Source: Macrostomum hystrix (taxonomy: Eukaryota; Animalia; Platyhelminthes). Taken from it: DNA of 64,000 nucleotides. Both the position numbers and the translations under genes were made by a program. Shown in pieces: positions 61,948 to 64,000 of the stretch. The first letter of the stretch is position 1. Each line of letters starts with the position of its first letter. The notes beneath the pieces were generated by a model. It was not told the DNA's origin, did not search any database, and worked only from the letters and a program-made list of their open reading frames with translations. The DNA is taken from NCBI GenBank assembly GCA_950097015.1, contig CATNEN010000007.1:496001-560000 (forward strand). Reading direction: 5' to 3'.

Positions 61948-62054
61948 TAAGGAGAGCGATTTAGAGCGAACGGCCAAATATGCAGGCAGTGTCTACGCAG
62001 CTGAAGTCCTCCAGGTGAGATGGATTGCACATTTTTGCTTTTCGATATCGTAAA

Positions 62055-63122
62055 TCTATGTCAGGGAGAGATGGAATGAAAGGTAGAGTGAGAGGTGGAG
62101 TGAGAGTTGGAGTGAGAGGTGGAGTGAGAGGTGGAGTGAGAGTTAGAGTGAGAGGTGGAGTGAAAGGTAGAGTGAGAGGTAGAGTGAGAGTTTAATCCTT
62201 GCATTTAGGCCCCGTCTCTGTCTTTTATGTTAAACTGAAGTAGAGTAAGAGGTGGAGTGAGAGGTGGAGTGAGAGGTGGAGTGAGAGGTGGAGTGAAAGG
62301 TAGAGTGAGAGGAGGAGTGAGAGGTGGAGTGAGAGGTGGAGTGAGAGGTGGAGTGAGAGGTGGAGTGAGAGGTGGAGTGAAAGGTAGAGTGAGAGGAGGA
62401 GTGAGAGGTGGAGTGAGAGGTGGAGTGAAAGGTAGAGTGAGAGGTGGAGTGAGAGGTGGAGTGAGAGGTGGAGTGAAAGGTAGAGTGAAAGGTAGAGTGA
62501 GAGGTGGAGTGAGAGGTGGAGTGAAAGGCAGAGTGAAAGGTAGAGTAAGAGGTGGAGTGAGAGGTGGAGTGAGAGAAATGTCTGTCAGTCAAGTCAGTCT
62601 GTCCGACAATCTGGTTTAATTCTTTCTCTAAAAGATCTTTTCTAAAAATGACCACTTTCGATATACCTGGATGACTCTCTGGAGCCACCCAGCCTACGCT
62701 TCGTCCGCAACCTGATCCAAAGAAAACGGTCCATTGTCGAAACAATTCGGCTATTGAAACCGAGGTCTTTTATGTTAAACTGAAGTAGAGTAAGAGGTGG
62801 AGTGAGAGGTGGAGTGAGAGGTGGAGTGAGAGGTGGAGTGAAAGGTAGAGTGAGAGGAGGAGTGAGAGGTGGAGTGAGAGGTGGAGTGAGAGGTGGAGTG
62901 AGAGGTGGAGTGAGAGGTGGAGTGAAAGGTAGAGTGAGAGGAGGAGTGAGAGGTGGAGTGAGAGGTGGAGTGAAAGGTAGAGTGAGAGGTGGAGTGAGAG
63001 GTGGAGTGAGAGGTGGAGTGAAAGGTAGAGTGAAAGGTAGAGTGAGAGGTGGAGTGAGAGGTGGAGTGAAAGGCAGAGTGAAAGGTAGAGTAAGAGGTGG
63101 AGTGAGAGGTGGAGTGAGAGAA
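62055..63122. repeat. GA-rich 12 bp satellite (gagtgagaggtg) blocks
   Basis: Direct periodicity; explains the RGGV/STSH ORFs. Confidence 0.95.
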
Positions 63123-63310
63123 ATGTCTGTCAGTCAAGTCAGTCTGTCCGACAATCTGGTTTAATTCTTTCTCTAAAAGATCTTTTCTAAAAATGACCAC
63201 TTTCGATATACCTGGATGACTCTCTGGAGCCACCCAGCCTACGCTTCGTCCGCAACCTGATCCAAAGAAAACGGTCCATTGTCGAAACAATTCGGCTATT
63301 GAAACCGAGG
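62220..63310. repeat. Apparently identical 545 bp tandem duplication (satellite + ~190 bp unique sequence)
   Basis: tcttttatgttaaactgaag at 62221 and 62766; identical ORF translations offset by 545. Confidence 0.92.
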
Positions 63311-64000
63311 GTGCTCTGCGCTGAAGATATGCGGCAGGCGCGGCGCAAGTTTCAGTGTGGTGTAAGTTATCGATAATCAAAGGGAGTTGAATCAAAGGGA
63401 AATAGAGATGGCGGGTTCATTTCAGCCTAGCACAAATTCTGTCAAAGCCCTTGGTTATAAGATTTCTTCCCATTTATAGTCTGTGTGATGCGCATGATTT
63501 AATTATTGATTGCTAAATTGTTTCCAGTTCCAGATGATCACTTCAGTTGGCACATTCAGATCAGCTATCAACTATAAAGATTCATGCTTAAGATTCATGT
63601 TAGACAGTTCGCAGCAAGTATTTGCGGATCAAACCGAGGACCCAATCCACAATGTCTGGTTTGTTTACCCCGAACATAGCCTCTCCAAATGCCAAATATG
63701 AAGGACTGACCAGAGCTGTGAACATTTTTTGTTTGGCTGGCTGTCTATTTAAGCGCCATAAATTATTTACCCGCTTGATGCTGAAAGTGATAGTGAAGGA
63801 TAGTGCTTTGGTTTGCATGGGTGCTTGCGCCTGGGCAAACCGGCTTTAGTGATCAGTCAACCCCTGCCTTTGCTGTGCATCTGTGTGTGGGGTGGGTGGC
63901 CGTCCCCACCCACCCCGACTGCTGCCTTTTAAGGTGAGTCTCTCGGCTACTCGCATTTCGCCAGCCGCCTGTCGGCCCAATCATTGTTTATCTATTCCTC

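Noticed and set aside
60881-62053. 390-aa ORF as an intact gag-pro protein
   Set aside because: It is chimeric: the zinc knuckles lie in another frame and the C-terminus reads through LTR and flank sequence.
62230-63395. STSH/RGGV repeat proteins; likewise the SHLS/CLISP ORFs at 8321-8782 and 12856-13311
   Set aside because: Translations of simple satellites.

Overview
Eukaryotic (metazoan) genomic DNA with spliceosomal introns. GC-rich exons, low-complexity Ala/Gln/Glu tracts and dense intronic minisatellites suggest an invertebrate, possibly a Macrostomum-type flatworm (inference only). Five multi-exon genes lie on the + strand: (1) a glycine/GABA-type Cys-loop anion channel subunit, 5' exons not located; (2) a bestrophin with a GC-AG intron; (3) a DH-BAR-SH3 RhoGEF of the Tuba/DNMBP-ARHGEF37 type; (4) a CUB + C-type-lectin-like + Ig membrane receptor with an in-frame stop and two ITSM-like tail motifs; (5) a paralogous F-type-lectin-like + multi-Ig receptor. 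Mobile DNA includes a full-length two-ORF non-LTR retrotransposon (APE-RT-RNaseH-CCHC, LOA-like) with a 12-14 bp TSD, two decayed Gypsy-type LTR elements, a Harbinger deletion derivative, piggyBac and Merlin remnants, and two tRNA-headed SINE-like families. Top observations: (a) the LINE 5' end folds into a complete HDV-like self-cleaving ribozyme whose predicted cleavage site falls at the insertion junction, and the LINE lies in sense orientation in intron 1 of the CUB-lectin-Ig gene; (b) in the Cys-loop gene a 3' splice site has been tandemly amplified 33 times and a 5' splice site 7 times; (c) a tandem pair of lectin-Ig receptors with different N-terminal modules. All structures and gene models were derived by eye; no searches or folding programs were run.
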